Shown: piece by piece, positions 1 to 11,527 of the stretch | Numbering within the stretch: position 1 is the first letter of the stretch | Layout of the letters: each line of letters starts with the position of its first letter | DNA from: Methanothermus fervidus DSM 2088 | Lineage (GTDB): Archaea > Methanobacteriota > Methanobacteria > DSM-2088 > Methanothermaceae | Direction: 5' to 3' | Assembly (NCBI GenBank): GCA_000166095.1 | Contig: CP002278.1 | Coordinates: 180,001-212,000 of the forward strand | Length of the DNA stretch: 32,000 nt | Position numbers and translations under genes: made by a program | The notes under the pieces: model-generated | Databases searched by the model: none | Told to the model about the DNA's origin: nothing | What the model saw: the letters and a program-made list of their open reading frames with translations, nothing else

Positions 1-2
1 GT

Positions 3-1685
3 GAGATAAGATATTTACTTTGGAATAGGGACGTAGATATAATCAATGATTTAAAACTTAAAGAAGGAGACGCTGTGAAAATACTTGGAGCTCAAGTTAG
101 AGAACGAGATGATGAAATTTATTTAAGTCATGGTGGTTTGAGTAGAATAGAAAAAGGTGATTATGACGTACCCAAATTTAAACCTAAAGTACATAAAATT
201 GGAGAGCTCCATGGTGAAGAACGTGATGTAACTGTAATTGGATTGGTTACAAAAGTCCAAGATATTGTTAAATTTGAAAGACCCGATGGAACAAAAGGAG
301 CTGTAAAATCAATTAAAATAAAGGATGATACTGGATCTACATATGTAAAACTTTGGGGAGAAGATGCAAAATTAAAAATTAATAAAGGAGATGTAATTAA
401 AGTAGTTGGAGGAAATGTTGTATTTGATGACTTTACATCTTCCTATTGTATAAATACAAATTGGAACACTAGGATAGAAATTAACCCTGAAAATATAAGT
501 AATGAATTATCAAATCTTTTAAAAGAATATAAAAATGAATTAAAACCAAAGAAAATAGGTACAATATTAGAAATGGATAGTGAAGAAGGTGAAGAAGTAG
601 ATGTACTAGGTAGGGTTATAAGTGTAAGTGAACCTCGTGAATTTCAAAGAGATGACGGTATTGGTATAGTGAGATCTGTGGAAATAGCTGATGAAACTGG
701 AATTATAAGAGCTTCATTTTGGGATGATAAAGCCTCTGAAAAGATAGATATAGGTGATGTACTACAAATAGAAAATGCGCGTATTAGAATAGGAAGTTAT
801 GGTGTTGAATTAAGTGTTGGAAAAACATCTCGAGTCATTCGAAAAGAAAATACGGCAGTTCCATCTCTTGAGGAACTTGAGAAAAAGATTTTTGTAACAA
901 AAAATATAAAAGATCTTGAAAGAGATGATAGGCACATAAAAATTATTGGACGTATTATTGATATTGGCGAAATTGCTGAAAATCAAAGAGAAGATGGTTC
1001 AATTATCAAGTTTAGAAGAATGGAAGTTGCAGATAAAACAGGTACAATCGAAGTTTCACTTTGGGATGATAAATATAATCTACCACTCGACATTGGAAAT
1101 GTAGTTGAAATTTATAATCCAAGAGTTGTTTTAAGAAATGAAAGGTTGGAATTAAGAGTAGGTAGGTCATCAGAAATAAAAGTATTGAAAAATGCAAAGG
1201 ATATTCCAAAACTTGAAGAACTGGTGGATTTACATTGGCCAAAAAAAGATATTAAGGATTTAGAACCTGGAGATAGGAACGTAAGAATAACTGGGAAAAT
1301 TGTAGAAATTTCAGGTAGTAGACCAATATCCTACCGTTGTCCAAATTGTCATGAACGTATAGATATAACTGAAGAATCTGTATGTAATTTCTGTGGTGAA
1401 CCAATCGATGAACCAGAACATTTACTAGTGATACCTGCTAAGCTTGTCAATGACACTGGAGAAATACGTGTGGTATTTTTCAGGAGAGAGGCTGAAGAAT
1501 TGATTGAGATGAAAACTGAAGAAATTGTCGAAATAATCAACGAAGTTGGAGAAGAAAATGCATTAGAAGATAGAATTAAAAGTTTTGAAGGAATAGACGT
1601 AACTCTTTTGGGATATGTGAGTGCAGATGAATATACTGGAGAACTCACGTTCATTCCCCGAAAAATAATTAAAAAGGAACTATAA
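3..1685 (+). CDS. Replication protein A / multi-OB-fold single-stranded DNA-binding protein, 5' partial
   Basis: Several tandem OB-fold segments (VxGRVxSVSEPREFQRDDGxxxxRSVEIADETGxIRxSFWDD; IGRIIDIGEIAENQREDG...MEVADKTGTIEVSLWDD) and a C-terminal zinc finger (CPNCHERIDITEESVCNFCG). The frame stays open from the GTG at 75 to the window edge and encodes more OB-like sequence (LLWNRDVDIINDLKLKEGDAVKI), so the gene starts outside the window. Confidence 0.9.
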   Translation, partial: EIRYLLWNRDVDIINDLKLKEGDAVKILGAQVRERDDEIYLSHGGLSRIEKGDYDVPKFKPKVHKIGELHGEERDVTVIGLVTKVQDIVKFERPDGTKGAVKSIKIKDDTGSTYVKLWGEDAKLKINKGDVIKVVGGNVVFDDFTSSYCINTNWNTRIEINPENISNELSNLLKEYKNELKPKKIGTILEMDSEEGEEVDVLGRVISVSEPREFQRDDGIGIVRSVEIADETGIIRASFWDDKASEKIDIGDVLQIENARIRIGSYGVELSVGKTSRVIRKENTAVPSLEELEKKIFVTKNIKDLERDDRHIKIIGRIIDIGEIAENQREDGSIIKFRRMEVADKTGTIEVSLWDDKYNLPLDIGNVVEIYNPRVVLRNERLELRVGRSSEIKVLKNAKDIPKLEELVDLHWPKKDIKDLEPGDRNVRITGKIVEISGSRPISYRCPNCHERIDITEESVCNFCGEPIDEPEHLLVIPAKLVNDTGEIRVVFFRREAEELIEMKTEEIVEIINEVGEENALEDRIKSFEGIDVTLLGYVSADEYTGELTFIPRKIIKKEL

Positions 1686-1700
1686 TATAAGGAGATAAAA

Positions 1701-2636
1701 ATGACAGAGTTAGAAAATTTACCTAACGTGGGTCAAAAAACTGCCAAAAAATTACGCGATGCTGGATTTGGAGACATAATGAGAATAGCTACTGCAACTC
1801 CAAAAGAATTGGCAGTGAAAGCTGAAATTGGTGAAGGAATAGCAGAAAAAATAATTGCAGCCGCTAGAAAAATAGAAAAAATAGATTTTGAAACAGCATT
1901 GGATGTTGTAGAAAGGCGAAAAAATGTTGGTAGGATTACCACAGGTAGTAAAGCATTAGATGATTTAATAGGTGGTGGAATAGAAACGCAATCTATAACT
2001 GAGGTGTTTGGCGAGTTTGGATCAGGTAAAAGTCAGCTTGCTCATGAATTGGCAGTAACTGTACAATTACCTATTGAAAAGGGTGGATTAGAAGCAGAAG
2101 CCGTGTTTATTGACACTGAAAATACTTTTAGGCCTGAAAGAATTGAGCAAATTGCCAAACATTTTAAATTAGATACTAAAAAAGTATTGAAAAATATTTA
2201 TGTGGCGCGAGCATTCAATTCAAGTCATCAAATTTTGATGGCTGAAAAAGTAAATGATCTTATCCAAGAAGGTAAAAATATAAGATTAGTAATTGTGGAT
2301 TCCCTGACATCCCATTTCAGAGCTGAGTATGTAGGTAGAGAAGCTTTAGCTACAAGACAGCAAAAATTAAACCAACATTTACACACTTTACAAAATTTGG
2401 CTACTACATATAATATAGCTGTTTTTGTAACTAACCAAGTCCAGGCAAGGCCTGATGCATTTTTCGGAAGTCCAACTAAGGCTATTGGTGGGCATGTGTT
2501 AGGACATGCAGCAACATATAGGATATGGCTTAAAAAAGGAGCTGCCGGAAAAAGGATAGCAAGACTTGTTGATAGTCCATACCTTCCAGAAGGTGAATGT
2601 GTATTCAAAATAACTGAGGAAGGAATTGTAGATTAA
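1701..2636 (+). CDS. radA: DNA repair and recombination protein RadA
   Basis: N-terminal HhH region ([17 protein letters not shown]), Walker [57 protein letters not shown]; SD-like ggag upstream of the ATG. Confidence 0.97.
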   Translation: MTELENLPNVGQKTAKKLRDAGFGDIMRIATATPKELAVKAEIGEGIAEKIIAAARKIEKIDFETALDVVERRKNVGRITTGSKALDDLIGGGIETQSITEVFGEFGSGKSQLAHELAVTVQLPIEKGGLEAEAVFIDTENTFRPERIEQIAKHFKLDTKKVLKNIYVARAFNSSHQILMAEKVNDLIQEGKNIRLVIVDSLTSHFRAEYVGREALATRQQKLNQHLHTLQNLATTYNIAVFVTNQVQARPDAFFGSPTKAIGGHVLGHAATYRIWLKKGAAGKRIARLVDSPYLPEGECVFKITEEGIVD

Positions 2637-2664
2637 TTAATTTTTTTCTTTTTTTGGTGAATTT

Positions 2665-3576
2665 ATGGGATCAACTGAAACAATAATTTCGATAATTTTA
2701 GTCATTGGTATTGGATATTTTGCAAGACGTTTAAATTTATTAAAAACAGAAGATTCTACAATTCTAAACAAGATAGTAGTTAACTTAGCAATACCTTCAT
2801 TGATTTTTATTTCAATTTATAAAAGTAAGTTTGATATTTTTAATTTATTACCTTTAACTTTAGTCTCACTTTTTATAACATTTGTTACAGGGAGTATTGC
2901 TTTTTTATGGTGTAAATTACGGCGTCAAAATAAAAAAGATCTGTGGAGTATCGTAGTACCATCTGGACTTGTAAATTCTGGGTTTTTAGGATATCCTATT
3001 GTTTTAGGAGTTTATGGGATTACAGGTCTACTAAGAGCAATATTTTATGATATGGGATCTGTTTTGTCTTTCATAATTTTTGGAATAATACTTGGCATGA
3101 TATTTAGCAATGAAAAAATAAATTTAAGAAGTGTTTTTAAACATGTTACTTCATTTCCACCATTAATCGCAATGATTTTAGGTGTAATTGCAAATCTAAC
3201 ACATTTAAAAATTTATTCACCATTACTTGATACATTACATTATCTTGGCAATGCTACAGTTCCTCTTATAATGTTATCTTTAGGTTTGTCACTTAAATTT
3301 CACAGGATAAATAAATACAAAGGTAACATTACTTTCGTAAGTTTATTAAGATTATTATTCTCACCTCTTTTAGCCACATTTCTGACAAATCTTCTGGGAA
3401 TATATGGATTAGAAAAAAAAGTTTTGATTGTTGAAAGTGCAATGCCGTCAGCAATGTTAAGTATTGTATTATCTGTTAGGTATAGACTTAATCCAGAACT
3501 GACTGCTATTTGTGTCTTTACAACAACGTTATTAAGCCTTATTACAATCCCCTTTGTAATTTTTTTACTAAAATGA
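2665..3576 (+). CDS. AEC (auxin efflux carrier) family permease
   Basis: About 10 hydrophobic segments; N-term GIGYFARRLNLLKTEDSTILNKIVVNLAIPSLIF and C-term AMPSAMLSIVLSVRYRLNPELTAICVFTTTLLSLITIP are typical of AEC permeases. Confidence 0.85.
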   Translation: MGSTETIISIILVIGIGYFARRLNLLKTEDSTILNKIVVNLAIPSLIFISIYKSKFDIFNLLPLTLVSLFITFVTGSIAFLWCKLRRQNKKDLWSIVVPSGLVNSGFLGYPIVLGVYGITGLLRAIFYDMGSVLSFIIFGIILGMIFSNEKINLRSVFKHVTSFPPLIAMILGVIANLTHLKIYSPLLDTLHYLGNATVPLIMLSLGLSLKFHRINKYKGNITFVSLLRLLFSPLLATFLTNLLGIYGLEKKVLIVESAMPSAMLSIVLSVRYRLNPELTAICVFTTTLLSLITIPFVIFLLK

Positions 3577-3601
3577 ACACTTTTAAACGATCGATCCAAA
3601 C

Positions 3602-3610
3602 TTATATATT
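3602..3610 (+). promoter_or_regulatory. Predicted TATA box upstream of hdrA
   Basis: TTATATATT, placing the predicted start site near 3632, downstream of the ORF-track start at 3627. Confidence 0.45.
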
Positions 3611-3692
3611 TAATTCTTAAGAAAAAATGGAAAATTTTATTTATGATGACGTCATAATCATCCACAAAAATAACTATTATTTGGTGATTTTT

Positions 3693-5672
3693 ATGGCTGA
3701 GAAAAAATCAGAAGAACCAAGAGTTGGTGTATATATCTGCCATTGTGGTGTAAATATTGCAGGTGTAATCGATGTAAAAGCTGTTCGAGAATATGCAGAA
3801 ACACTTCCAAATGTTGTAGTTGCTAGGGATTATAAGTATTACTGCTCTGACCCAGGGCAAGAGGAGATACAGAGAGATATTAAAGAATTAGGAGTAAATA
3901 GGGTTGTGGTTGCAGCTTGCTCACCTCGTCTTCATGAACCTACATTTAGAAGATGTGTAGAAGAAGCTGGATTGAATCCATTCCTATTTGAGTTTGCAAA
4001 TATAAGAGAACAAGATTCTTGGGTACATATGGATGATCCAGAAGCTGCTACAGAAAAAGCCAAAGATTTAGTCAGAATGGCAGTTGCAAAGGCAAGATTG
4101 TTAGAACCTCTTGAATTTGAGAAAGTTCCAGTCACAAGAAAAGCGATGGTCATAGGTGGTGGAGTAGCAGGCATACAAGCAGCTTTAGATTTAGCTGATA
4201 TGGGATATAAAGTATATTTAGTTGAAAAGAAACCTACCATTGGAGGAAGAATGGCACAGTTAGACAAGACATTCCCAACTTTGGATTGTTCAATTTGTAT
4301 TTTAGCACCTAAAATGGTGGATGTTGGAAAGCATGAAAATATAGAATTGATAAGTTATGCAGAAGTAAAGAAGGTTGATGGTTACGTAGGTAACTTTAAA
4401 GTAACAGTTGAAAAGAAACCAAGATATGTAGATGAAGATTTATGTACGGGTTGTGGATCCTGCATAGAAGTATGTCCTATAGAAGTTCCAAATTATTTTG
4501 ATGAAGGAATGGGAATGAGCAAAGCTATATATATCCCATTCCCACAAGCAGTGCCTCTTTGTGCAACCATTAACAAAGACTACTGTATTGAGTGTAATCT
4601 GTGTGACCAAGTTTGTGAAAGAGGCGCTATAAAGCATGATCAAAAACCAGAAGAAATTGAACTTGAAGTAGGAACAATAATAGTTGCTACCGGTTATGAT
4701 CCATATGATCCTAGCGAGAAATATGAGTATGGATATGGAGTGTATGACAACGTAATAACAAGTATTGAGCTTGAAAGATTGATAAACGCATCAGGTCCAA
4801 CTGAAGGTAAAGTTGTAAGACCTTCTGATGGCAAAAAACCAAAGAGAGTTGCATTCATTCATTGTGTAGGATCTAGGGATGAAAAAGTTGGTAATCCATA
4901 TTGTTCAAGAGTTTGTTGTATGTATGCAATGAAAAATGCACAATTAATAAAAGAGAAAAAACCAGATACAGAAATTACATGTTATTACATGGATATACGA
5001 GCATTTGGTAAAGGATTTGAAGAATTCTATAAACGTTCACAAGAGAAATATGGTATAAAATTCATTAGAGGACGACCAGCAGAAATAATAGAAAACCCTG
5101 ATAAAACTTTAACAATAAGAGCCGAAGATACTCTACTTGGAAAAACAACTGAATATACATATGATCTAGTTGTACTTTGTGTAGGACTTGTACCACCTGA
5201 AGGAATTGAAGAATTAAGACAGACATTAGGATTATCAAAGTCTCCAGACGGATTCTTTATGGAAGCACATCCAAAATTAAGACCAGTTGATACACACACT
5301 GATGGTATATATCTTGCAGGTGTTGCACAAGGTCCAAAAGATATTCCCGATGCTGTAGCTCAGGCATCAGGTGCAGCATCAAGAGCTGCCATTCCAATGT
5401 CTAAAGGAGAAGTTTTAATTGAGCCAATCGTTGCCACTGTAAATGAAGATATTTGTGGTGGATGTGGAGTTTGTGTGGAGTTGTGTCCATTTGGAGCAAT
5501 TGAATTAAAAGAAGGAAAGGCACATGTAACCGTAGCTTTATGTAAAGGATGCGGAACATGTGCAGCAGCATGTCCATCTGGAGCAATGGATCAGAAACAT
5601 TTCAGAACACAACAAATAATGGCACAGATCGAGGCTGCATTAGGAGGAACGGGAGAAGTCACTGGAAAATAA
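3693..5672 (+). CDS. hdrA: CoB--CoM heterodisulfide reductase subunit A (FAD and iron-sulfur)
   Basis: [67 protein letters not shown], and several 4Fe-4S motifs ([47 protein letters not shown]). Start placed at internal ATG 3693 (ggtgattttt ATG) instead of the track start at 3627. Confidence 0.93.
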   Translation: MAEKKSEEPRVGVYICHCGVNIAGVIDVKAVREYAETLPNVVVARDYKYYCSDPGQEEIQRDIKELGVNRVVVAACSPRLHEPTFRRCVEEAGLNPFLFEFANIREQDSWVHMDDPEAATEKAKDLVRMAVAKARLLEPLEFEKVPVTRKAMVIGGGVAGIQAALDLADMGYKVYLVEKKPTIGGRMAQLDKTFPTLDCSICILAPKMVDVGKHENIELISYAEVKKVDGYVGNFKVTVEKKPRYVDEDLCTGCGSCIEVCPIEVPNYFDEGMGMSKAIYIPFPQAVPLCATINKDYCIECNLCDQVCERGAIKHDQKPEEIELEVGTIIVATGYDPYDPSEKYEYGYGVYDNVITSIELERLINASGPTEGKVVRPSDGKKPKRVAFIHCVGSRDEKVGNPYCSRVCCMYAMKNAQLIKEKKPDTEITCYYMDIRAFGKGFEEFYKRSQEKYGIKFIRGRPAEIIENPDKTLTIRAEDTLLGKTTEYTYDLVVLCVGLVPPEGIEELRQTLGLSKSPDGFFMEAHPKLRPVDTHTDGIYLAGVAQGPKDIPDAVAQASGAASRAAIPMSKGEVLIEPIVATVNEDICGGCGVCVELCPFGAIELKEGKAHVTVALCKGCGTCAAACPSGAMDQKHFRTQQIMAQIEAALGGTGEVTGK

Positions 5673-5708
5673 TTTTTTCCTTCCTTTTTTATTTTTTGAG
5701 GTAATTTT

Positions 5709-6380
5709 ATGGAAATTGAGAAATTTACAGAACTTTTGGATTTGAAAAAGACTCCTGTTGCAATAGCCTGGTCAACGAAAAAACCAGAAAATATTAAAAG
5801 AGGAGAAAAATCTAGATTTTGTGAAAAAATAGATAAAGTATTAGAAGGTGAGATATTTTATTCAACATCTGAAGATGAGGAATGTTTCGGAGGAGGAAAA
5901 TACACAGGCATGAAAGATCCTAAAAAATTTCCAAAAGAAATTAGGAGTGGAGAATTCCTTGTTAAACTAGGAGTCCATAAAAGTGTCCAAGCTGTGCAAA
6001 AATCCTGGTATAAAAATATTGCAATTGAATATGGTATTTTTTCTTACATTTTGTTTGCACCATTAAATAAAGCAAAATTTAAGCCAGATGTAGTGATTGT
6101 TATATGCAATGCAACACAGGCTATGAAATTATTACATGCCAGTGAATATGATGGTATTTCAACTGCAAAAGGTGCTGGAGCAAGTCCAATTTGTAGTGCT
6201 ATGGCTGCCCTACCATACCTCACAGGAAAAATTGTATATGGTTTTGCTGATATAGGATCAAGAAAACACATGAAAAATCTAGATGATAAAGATGTTATGG
6301 TTGCAATTCCTTATTCTCAGGTTGAAAGAATAATTCAAAATCTTGAAGAAATGAAAGATAAACCTATTTTTGTTGGCTAA
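5709..6380 (+). CDS. DUF169 family protein
   Basis: KTPVAIAWSTKKPENI, EECFGGGKYTGM, VVIVICNATQAMKLLHA, GASPICSAMAALPYLTG, DVMVAIPYSQ. Confidence 0.8.
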   Translation: MEIEKFTELLDLKKTPVAIAWSTKKPENIKRGEKSRFCEKIDKVLEGEIFYSTSEDEECFGGGKYTGMKDPKKFPKEIRSGEFLVKLGVHKSVQAVQKSWYKNIAIEYGIFSYILFAPLNKAKFKPDVVIVICNATQAMKLLHASEYDGISTAKGAGASPICSAMAALPYLTGKIVYGFADIGSRKHMKNLDDKDVMVAIPYSQVERIIQNLEEMKDKPIFVG

Positions 6381-6861
6381 TTAATTTATTTAATTTTGGA
6401 ATAATCTTTTTTACTTCTTTTTTAATTTCTTCTTTCTTCTTCCCAGCTATAGGATGTGGAATATCTAATATTCTTAAATTTTTTGCACCATAAGCTTTAG
6501 CCAAATTTTCAGCAAAATTTTTAAATTTACTTGAACAAATTGATATTGTTGGTATTCCTCTTTTTTCTAACTTTATTGCATCTAAAATCAGCCATGTTGT
6601 ACATGACCCACAATCACCAACTGCTAATATGCAAAGATCACCCTTTTCCATGTTTTTAATCTGTTTTTCGTTTGCAGGAGCACCAGCAGGTTTTCTAACC
6701 CATAATGTCTTTTTCACTTCTAAAAATTTTTCTATTGTCTTTAATATGATATCTGCATTTGGTTTTGTATTATCTACCAAAGAAACAGTATTTACATTCG
6801 ATATTTCATTGATTTTAACAGTTTTCATTGCACTTTCTGCAAGTGGATCTAAAATTTCCAT
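6364..6861 (-). CDS. UGSC-like (seleno)protein family member, cysteine form
   Basis: KPAGAPANEKQIKN...AVGDCGSCTTWLILDAIKLEKRGIPTISICSSKF; the CGSC motif occupies the U/C-G-S-C position of this family. Confidence 0.65.
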   Translation of the reverse strand: MEILDPLAESAMKTVKINEISNVNTVSLVDNTKPNADIILKTIEKFLEVKKTLWVRKPAGAPANEKQIKNMEKGDLCILAVGDCGSCTTWLILDAIKLEKRGIPTISICSSKFKNFAENLAKAYGAKNLRILDIPHPIAGKKKEEIKKEVKKIIPKLNKLISQQK

Positions 6862-6871
6862 ATTTTCACCT

Positions 6872-8446
6872 TTAAGCTTCTAGACGGAACCTCTTAACAA
6901 CAAAATTTTTGTCTAGTGACAATATAAATGAAGCTGCTCTTGGACCTCTTTTCTTGCCAATTAATACTTTATAGATAGCCTGAAATGCTTCTTTAGCATT
7001 TAATCCATGTTCTCTCATTATGTCATATATTCTATTGTGTAATTCCACAGCATTTAGCTCTTCAGATTCAATGACCTTTGCTAATTCATTTAAAAATTTT
7101 ATTTGTTTTTCTGAAAGTTTTACTTTAGGAAGTTCTTTTTGGACTTCAAACTTTACTGACTCTGGTGCATATTTATCTAACCAATTTCTAACATGTCTTA
7201 CTCTTTCCTCTAAATATTTTTTATCTTTTTCATTTAATTCATCAAATTCTTTATTTTCTAACCTCTTAGGTAATTGTGAATTTCTTTTTAAAATATTGTA
7301 TAATTTTTCCATGTCTGATGCTATCTGACATGCTACAACCATAAATTTATAAGGTGGTCTGAAAGGTATCTCATCCTCTATTTTATCTACAGACACCTCA
7401 TATATCTTCTTTAACTTTTCTTCTTCTTGCTCAGACGCAGCTTCCTCTTCACCATAATATATTCTTTCAACTCTTTCAAACTGCTCCATTAAATTGAGGA
7501 ACGGGAATCCAGGATCAAAATCTCTATGTTTCATTGGTTTGCTCCTAAATATAAAGTAATTAAGAGTTTCTGGCGGAGCTATTTCTAACCATTGCTTCGG
7601 TGTAAAGAAAATACCTTTAGACTTTGACATTGCCCTACCTTTGAAACTTATCCATTCATATGGTACTGGATATGGTGGAGGGTAGTCAAAAATTTCCTTA
7701 GAAATTTCGCTACTTACATCATATGACCCGCCACTTGCTGCATGATCCTTTCCAAATGGTTCACAAGTCACATTCAATATTTTCCATCTTGCAGCCCATT
7801 CAACCCTCCACGTCAATTTTCCTTTTCCTTCTTTAATGTCACTTTCGCCTTCATAACCACATTTACATCTGTAGTAAACAATGTCATCTTTGAATTTATA
7901 ACTTTCAGTTGTTCCTATTCTTCCACATTTATCACAAATAGGATTGTAAGGCAACCAATCTTCACTGAGAGGAGTTTCACGATATTTATTGAATATTTTT
8001 CTTATCTCAGATGCCTTATTTAATGATTCACGAATGTAATCTTCATAAATGCCAGTTTTATACATTTCCGCTCCTGAAAATATCTTCATGTCTATGTTAA
8101 ATTTTTTCATTGCATCCAAGAATGGTTTTTTGAAATGTTCTGCAAAACTTTCGCAACAGCCATCTGGGCAAGGTATTTCTGAATATGGAACTCCAAGATA
8201 TTTCTTATATTCTTTAGGTAAAGGATAAGGAACTTTACGAAGAGGATCATAATCGTCGGCTACCCATACCAATTCAGCGTCTATCCCTTCTTTTTTTAAA
8301 TTTTTAGTTATTGCATGAGCAATAAAAACATCGCATGAGTTTCCTATGTGAATTGCCCCAGATATAGAAGTTCCACTTGCTATGACATGTTTTTTAACGT
8401 TTTTCTTTTTTAAATCTGATGCAATCCTTTCTATCCAGTGTTGCAA
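6872..8446 (-). CDS. lysK: Lysyl-tRNA synthetase, class I
   Basis: HIGNSCDVF (HIGH-like), RAMSKSKG (KMSKS-like), [23 protein letters not shown] zinc motifs, class I LysRS architecture. Confidence 0.94.
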   Translation of the reverse strand: MQHWIERIASDLKKKNVKKHVIASGTSISGAIHIGNSCDVFIAHAITKNLKKEGIDAELVWVADDYDPLRKVPYPLPKEYKKYLGVPYSEIPCPDGCCESFAEHFKKPFLDAMKKFNIDMKIFSGAEMYKTGIYEDYIRESLNKASEIRKIFNKYRETPLSEDWLPYNPICDKCGRIGTTESYKFKDDIVYYRCKCGYEGESDIKEGKGKLTWRVEWAARWKILNVTCEPFGKDHAASGGSYDVSSEISKEIFDYPPPYPVPYEWISFKGRAMSKSKGIFFTPKQWLEIAPPETLNYFIFRSKPMKHRDFDPGFPFLNLMEQFERVERIYYGEEEAASEQEEEKLKKIYEVSVDKIEDEIPFRPPYKFMVVACQIASDMEKLYNILKRNSQLPKRLENKEFDELNEKDKKYLEERVRHVRNWLDKYAPESVKFEVQKELPKVKLSEKQIKFLNELAKVIESEELNAVELHNRIYDIMREHGLNAKEAFQAIYKVLIGKKRGPRAASFILSLDKNFVVKRFRLEA

Positions 8447-8458
8447 AGAACCACCCTT

Positions 8459-9736
8459 TCATTCCTCAAGCCATTTGTTTATAATTTTAACTGAACAATA
8501 TTTTCCACACATGGTGCATGTCTCAGGATCTGCTGGAGGTCTTTCATTTCTTATTTTTTTTGCATTTTTAGGACACATTGCAATTTCAAATTGCTTTTCC
8601 CAATCTAAATTTTTTCTTGCATGTGCCATTTTAAGATCTTGTTCGCCATGGTGGATTCCCTTAGCCATATCACCAACATATGCACCAATTCTGGTTGCTA
8701 TGACTCCTTGTTTAACATCTTCAGGATATGGCAATGCCAAATGTTCTGCAGGTGTAACATAACATATAAAATCTGCACCTGCTGCAGCTGACAATGCAGC
8801 TCCAATTGATGAAACTATATGATCATATCCAGGTGCAATATCAGTAACAACTGGACCTAACATATAATATGGGGCATCCCTACATAATTTCTTCTGCATT
8901 ATTACATTTGCCTTTATTTCATTTATTGGAATATGACCAGGACCCTCTACAATCGTTTGTACACCAAATTCTCTTGCTTTATCAACAAGTTCTCCTAGCA
9001 CTATAAGTTCCTGCATTTGTGCCCTATCGTTAGCATCGGCAATAGCACCAGACCTCATTCCATTTGCTAAAGAAATTACAAAATCATATTCTTTGGCAAT
9101 TTCTAAAACATAATCAAAATTCTCATATAAAGGATTTTCTTTACCATTTTCCACTATCCATGCAGAAATAAATGCTCCACCTCTACTGACCAATCCTCCT
9201 GCCCTACCTTGCCTTTTCAATCTTTTCAATGTTTCTTTATTAACACTACAATGTATTGCCATGAAATCAACGCCATCTTTTGCCTGTTTTTCAATAGTTT
9301 TAAAAATTAAATCTTCATCCATATATATCGCTGATCCACGCTTTCTTATAGCTTCAATTGCTGCCTGGTAGACAGGTACCGTACCAACAGGAATATCTGC
9401 TATTTTTAAAATTTCCCTTCTGATTTTATCTAAATTTCCGCCAACTGACAATTCCATTAATGTATCTGCCCCATATTTCATTGCAACTCTTGCTTTCTCT
9501 TTTTCCATATTTATATCAATTATATCTGTTGATGTTCCGATAGTTGCATTAACTTTAGTTCTGAGACCTTTACCTATTCCTACAGGTTTTACATCATGAT
9601 TAACATTGCTTGGAATTGCAATAAGACCCTTAGCTACACATTTTCTAACAAATTCCTCAGACACATTTTCATCTTTTGCTATTTTTTTCATTTCCTCTGT
9701 TACTTTACCTTTTTTTGCTTCATCCATCTGTGTCAT
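8459..9736 (-). CDS. thiC: Phosphomethylpyrimidine synthase (radical SAM)
   Basis: [53 protein letters not shown]-terminal CTMCGKYC cluster motif. Confidence 0.96.
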   Translation of the reverse strand: MTQMDEAKKGKVTEEMKKIAKDENVSEEFVRKCVAKGLIAIPSNVNHDVKPVGIGKGLRTKVNATIGTSTDIIDINMEKEKARVAMKYGADTLMELSVGGNLDKIRREILKIADIPVGTVPVYQAAIEAIRKRGSAIYMDEDLIFKTIEKQAKDGVDFMAIHCSVNKETLKRLKRQGRAGGLVSRGGAFISAWIVENGKENPLYENFDYVLEIAKEYDFVISLANGMRSGAIADANDRAQMQELIVLGELVDKAREFGVQTIVEGPGHIPINEIKANVIMQKKLCRDAPYYMLGPVVTDIAPGYDHIVSSIGAALSAAAGADFICYVTPAEHLALPYPEDVKQGVIATRIGAYVGDMAKGIHHGEQDLKMAHARKNLDWEKQFEIAMCPKNAKKIRNERPPADPETCTMCGKYCSVKIINKWLEE

Positions 9737-9740
9737 TATA

Positions 9741-10661
9741 TCACTCCAAAAATTTTAGTTTGCCCCAATGCTTCTCATAACGATATTTAACATCTTCAAA
9801 TGTTGGTAAGTTGGTTTGGGAACCTTCAGACTCTATTACAAACGATGCTACTGTTGTTGCAAATTTTCCACAAGTTTCAAGGTCATTTCCTTTCAGATAT
9901 GATACTAGAAATCCTGCTCTGTACGAATCTCCTGCTCCAGTTGGATCAACAACTTTTCTACCTAAAGCTTTTATTTTTATCATATTTTTTGAATGAATAA
10001 TACTACCTTCTTTACCATAAGTTTCAACTACAATTTTAGGACCTAACTTTCTTAAATCTTTTTCATTAGTTTTTTTCTTTATCTTCCTAATTTCATGATG
10101 ATTACCAAAGAGAATATCACAAGTACTTAACATTTCCTTCAAATTTTTTGATGAATATAAGTAAAGGTCTTGACCAGGATCAGCAGAAACTATTTTGTTA
10201 TATTTTTTTGCAATTTTACCGCAACGAATATTAAATTTTGGATTACCAGTTGCTAAATGAATAATTTTAGCTTTTTTTATAACTTCTTTTGGCGGATCTA
10301 AATCTTCAAATTTTTCAGCCGCACCCCAATAAAAATAACTAATTTGATCGTTTTTTGAGTTCGTAACAACAAAAGCTCTTGGTGTTTTATAATTTTCTAT
10401 TTCTATTATTCCTTCCATATTTATATTCATCTTTTTTAATTTTTCATAATATTCTGTTTTTTTAAAGTCTTCTCCAACTGCTGACACAAGTCCTGATTTA
10501 AATCCTAATTTTTGAACTGCAACTGCAACATTTGCAGCTGCACCACCATGTAAATTTTCTAATTTTTCAACCTTTACTGAAGAATTTGGCGATGGAAAAT
10601 CTTCCACTTGCATAATATAATCAAATGCTGTATGTCCAACCGCAAGAATATCGATTGTCAA
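9741..10661 (-). CDS. PfkB family carbohydrate kinase (ribokinase-like)
   Basis: [47 protein letters not shown] signature. Confidence 0.9.
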   Translation of the reverse strand: MTIDILAVGHTAFDYIMQVEDFPSPNSSVKVEKLENLHGGAAANVAVAVQKLGFKSGLVSAVGEDFKKTEYYEKLKKMNINMEGIIEIENYKTPRAFVVTNSKNDQISYFYWGAAEKFEDLDPPKEVIKKAKIIHLATGNPKFNIRCGKIAKKYNKIVSADPGQDLYLYSSKNLKEMLSTCDILFGNHHEIRKIKKKTNEKDLRKLGPKIVVETYGKEGSIIHSKNMIKIKALGRKVVDPTGAGDSYRAGFLVSYLKGNDLETCGKFATTVASFVIESEGSQTNLPTFEDVKYRYEKHWGKLKFLE

Positions 10662-10666
10662 TTATA

Positions 10667-11527
10667 TCACCTATTTATGCTTATAAATCCTTCCTTTTCT
10701 ACAATTTTCTGTCCTTCTCCAAGAATGAAATCTATAAATCTTTTGATTTCTCTTTTTTCTTTTATTGGGATTATGCTTATCACATGCCTAGTTTCATTTT
10801 TCAATAAATTTGATCCCTGGAATTTACTTGCATTCAAAAATGTATAAAAATCTTCTTTTTCTTTTGCAAAGAAAAATGCATCATAAGGAGACCTCATTTT
10901 AACATCTATATTACATTTTATTTTTTTCTCTTTCAAAACTTCTAATCCAAACCTCTGAGAAGTATATGGTACATTAATAAATTTTAGTTCTCCTAATTTT
11001 TCTAACTTATTAATTTTCTTTTTTGAAACTATAGAAAGATAATCATAAGCTATAGGAATAAAATTTAAGTCATTTTTATAAGCTAATAGTGGATCATCCA
11101 ATGTTAAAATATCTGGAATGTATTTCCTTGCCATCTGTAATGCTTCATAATCATTACTTGCATAAATGAAAATATCTGTGCCATGGTTTTCAGCTAATTT
11201 CCCAATAAGGTTGCTTGAAATATATCCTCCACACACTACAATTCTGTCAAAATCTTTTAATCTGCTGAGATATCTATCATATATTTTTAAAATTTTCATG
11301 CCAAAACTAGTTAATTCAGAACCAGTATTTTTAGATTTAATTAATTTTTCTCCGATTTTGGTTTCAGTTTCTCGAATATATCTATTTAATGCAGGAGGAG
11401 AAATCCCTAATATCTCAGAAGCTTTTCTTTGAGAACATGTTTTGTGAATATATCTTAGACCTTCAAGTACTTTATGATTAATTCTTTCACCATTTATTTT
11501 TAAATTTAAAAGTACTTTTTCATCCAT
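10667..11527 (-). CDS. LysR/ModE-like transcriptional regulator with a C-terminal ligand-binding-like domain
   Basis: N-terminal winged HTH (GLRYIHKTCSQRKASEILGISPPALNRYIRETETKIGEKLI) followed by a periplasmic-binding-like region (RIVVCGGYISSNLIGKLAENHG...DIFIYASNDYEALQMA). Confidence 0.65.
   Translation of the reverse strand: MDEKVLLNLKINGERINHKVLEGLRYIHKTCSQRKASEILGISPPALNRYIRETETKIGEKLIKSKNTGSELTSFGMKILKIYDRYLSRLKDFDRIVVCGGYISSNLIGKLAENHGTDIFIYASNDYEALQMARKYIPDILTLDDPLLAYKNDLNFIPIAYDYLSIVSKKKINKLEKLGELKFINVPYTSQRFGLEVLKEKKIKCNIDVKMRSPYDAFFFAKEKEDFYTFLNASKFQGSNLLKNETRHVISIIPIKEKREIKRFIDFILGEGQKIVEKEGFISINR

Noticed and set aside
2637-2664. T-rich stretch after radA as a strong terminator
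   Set aside because: Plausible as an archaeal poly-T terminator, but similar T runs are frequent in this AT-rich DNA and RNA 3' end data would be needed.
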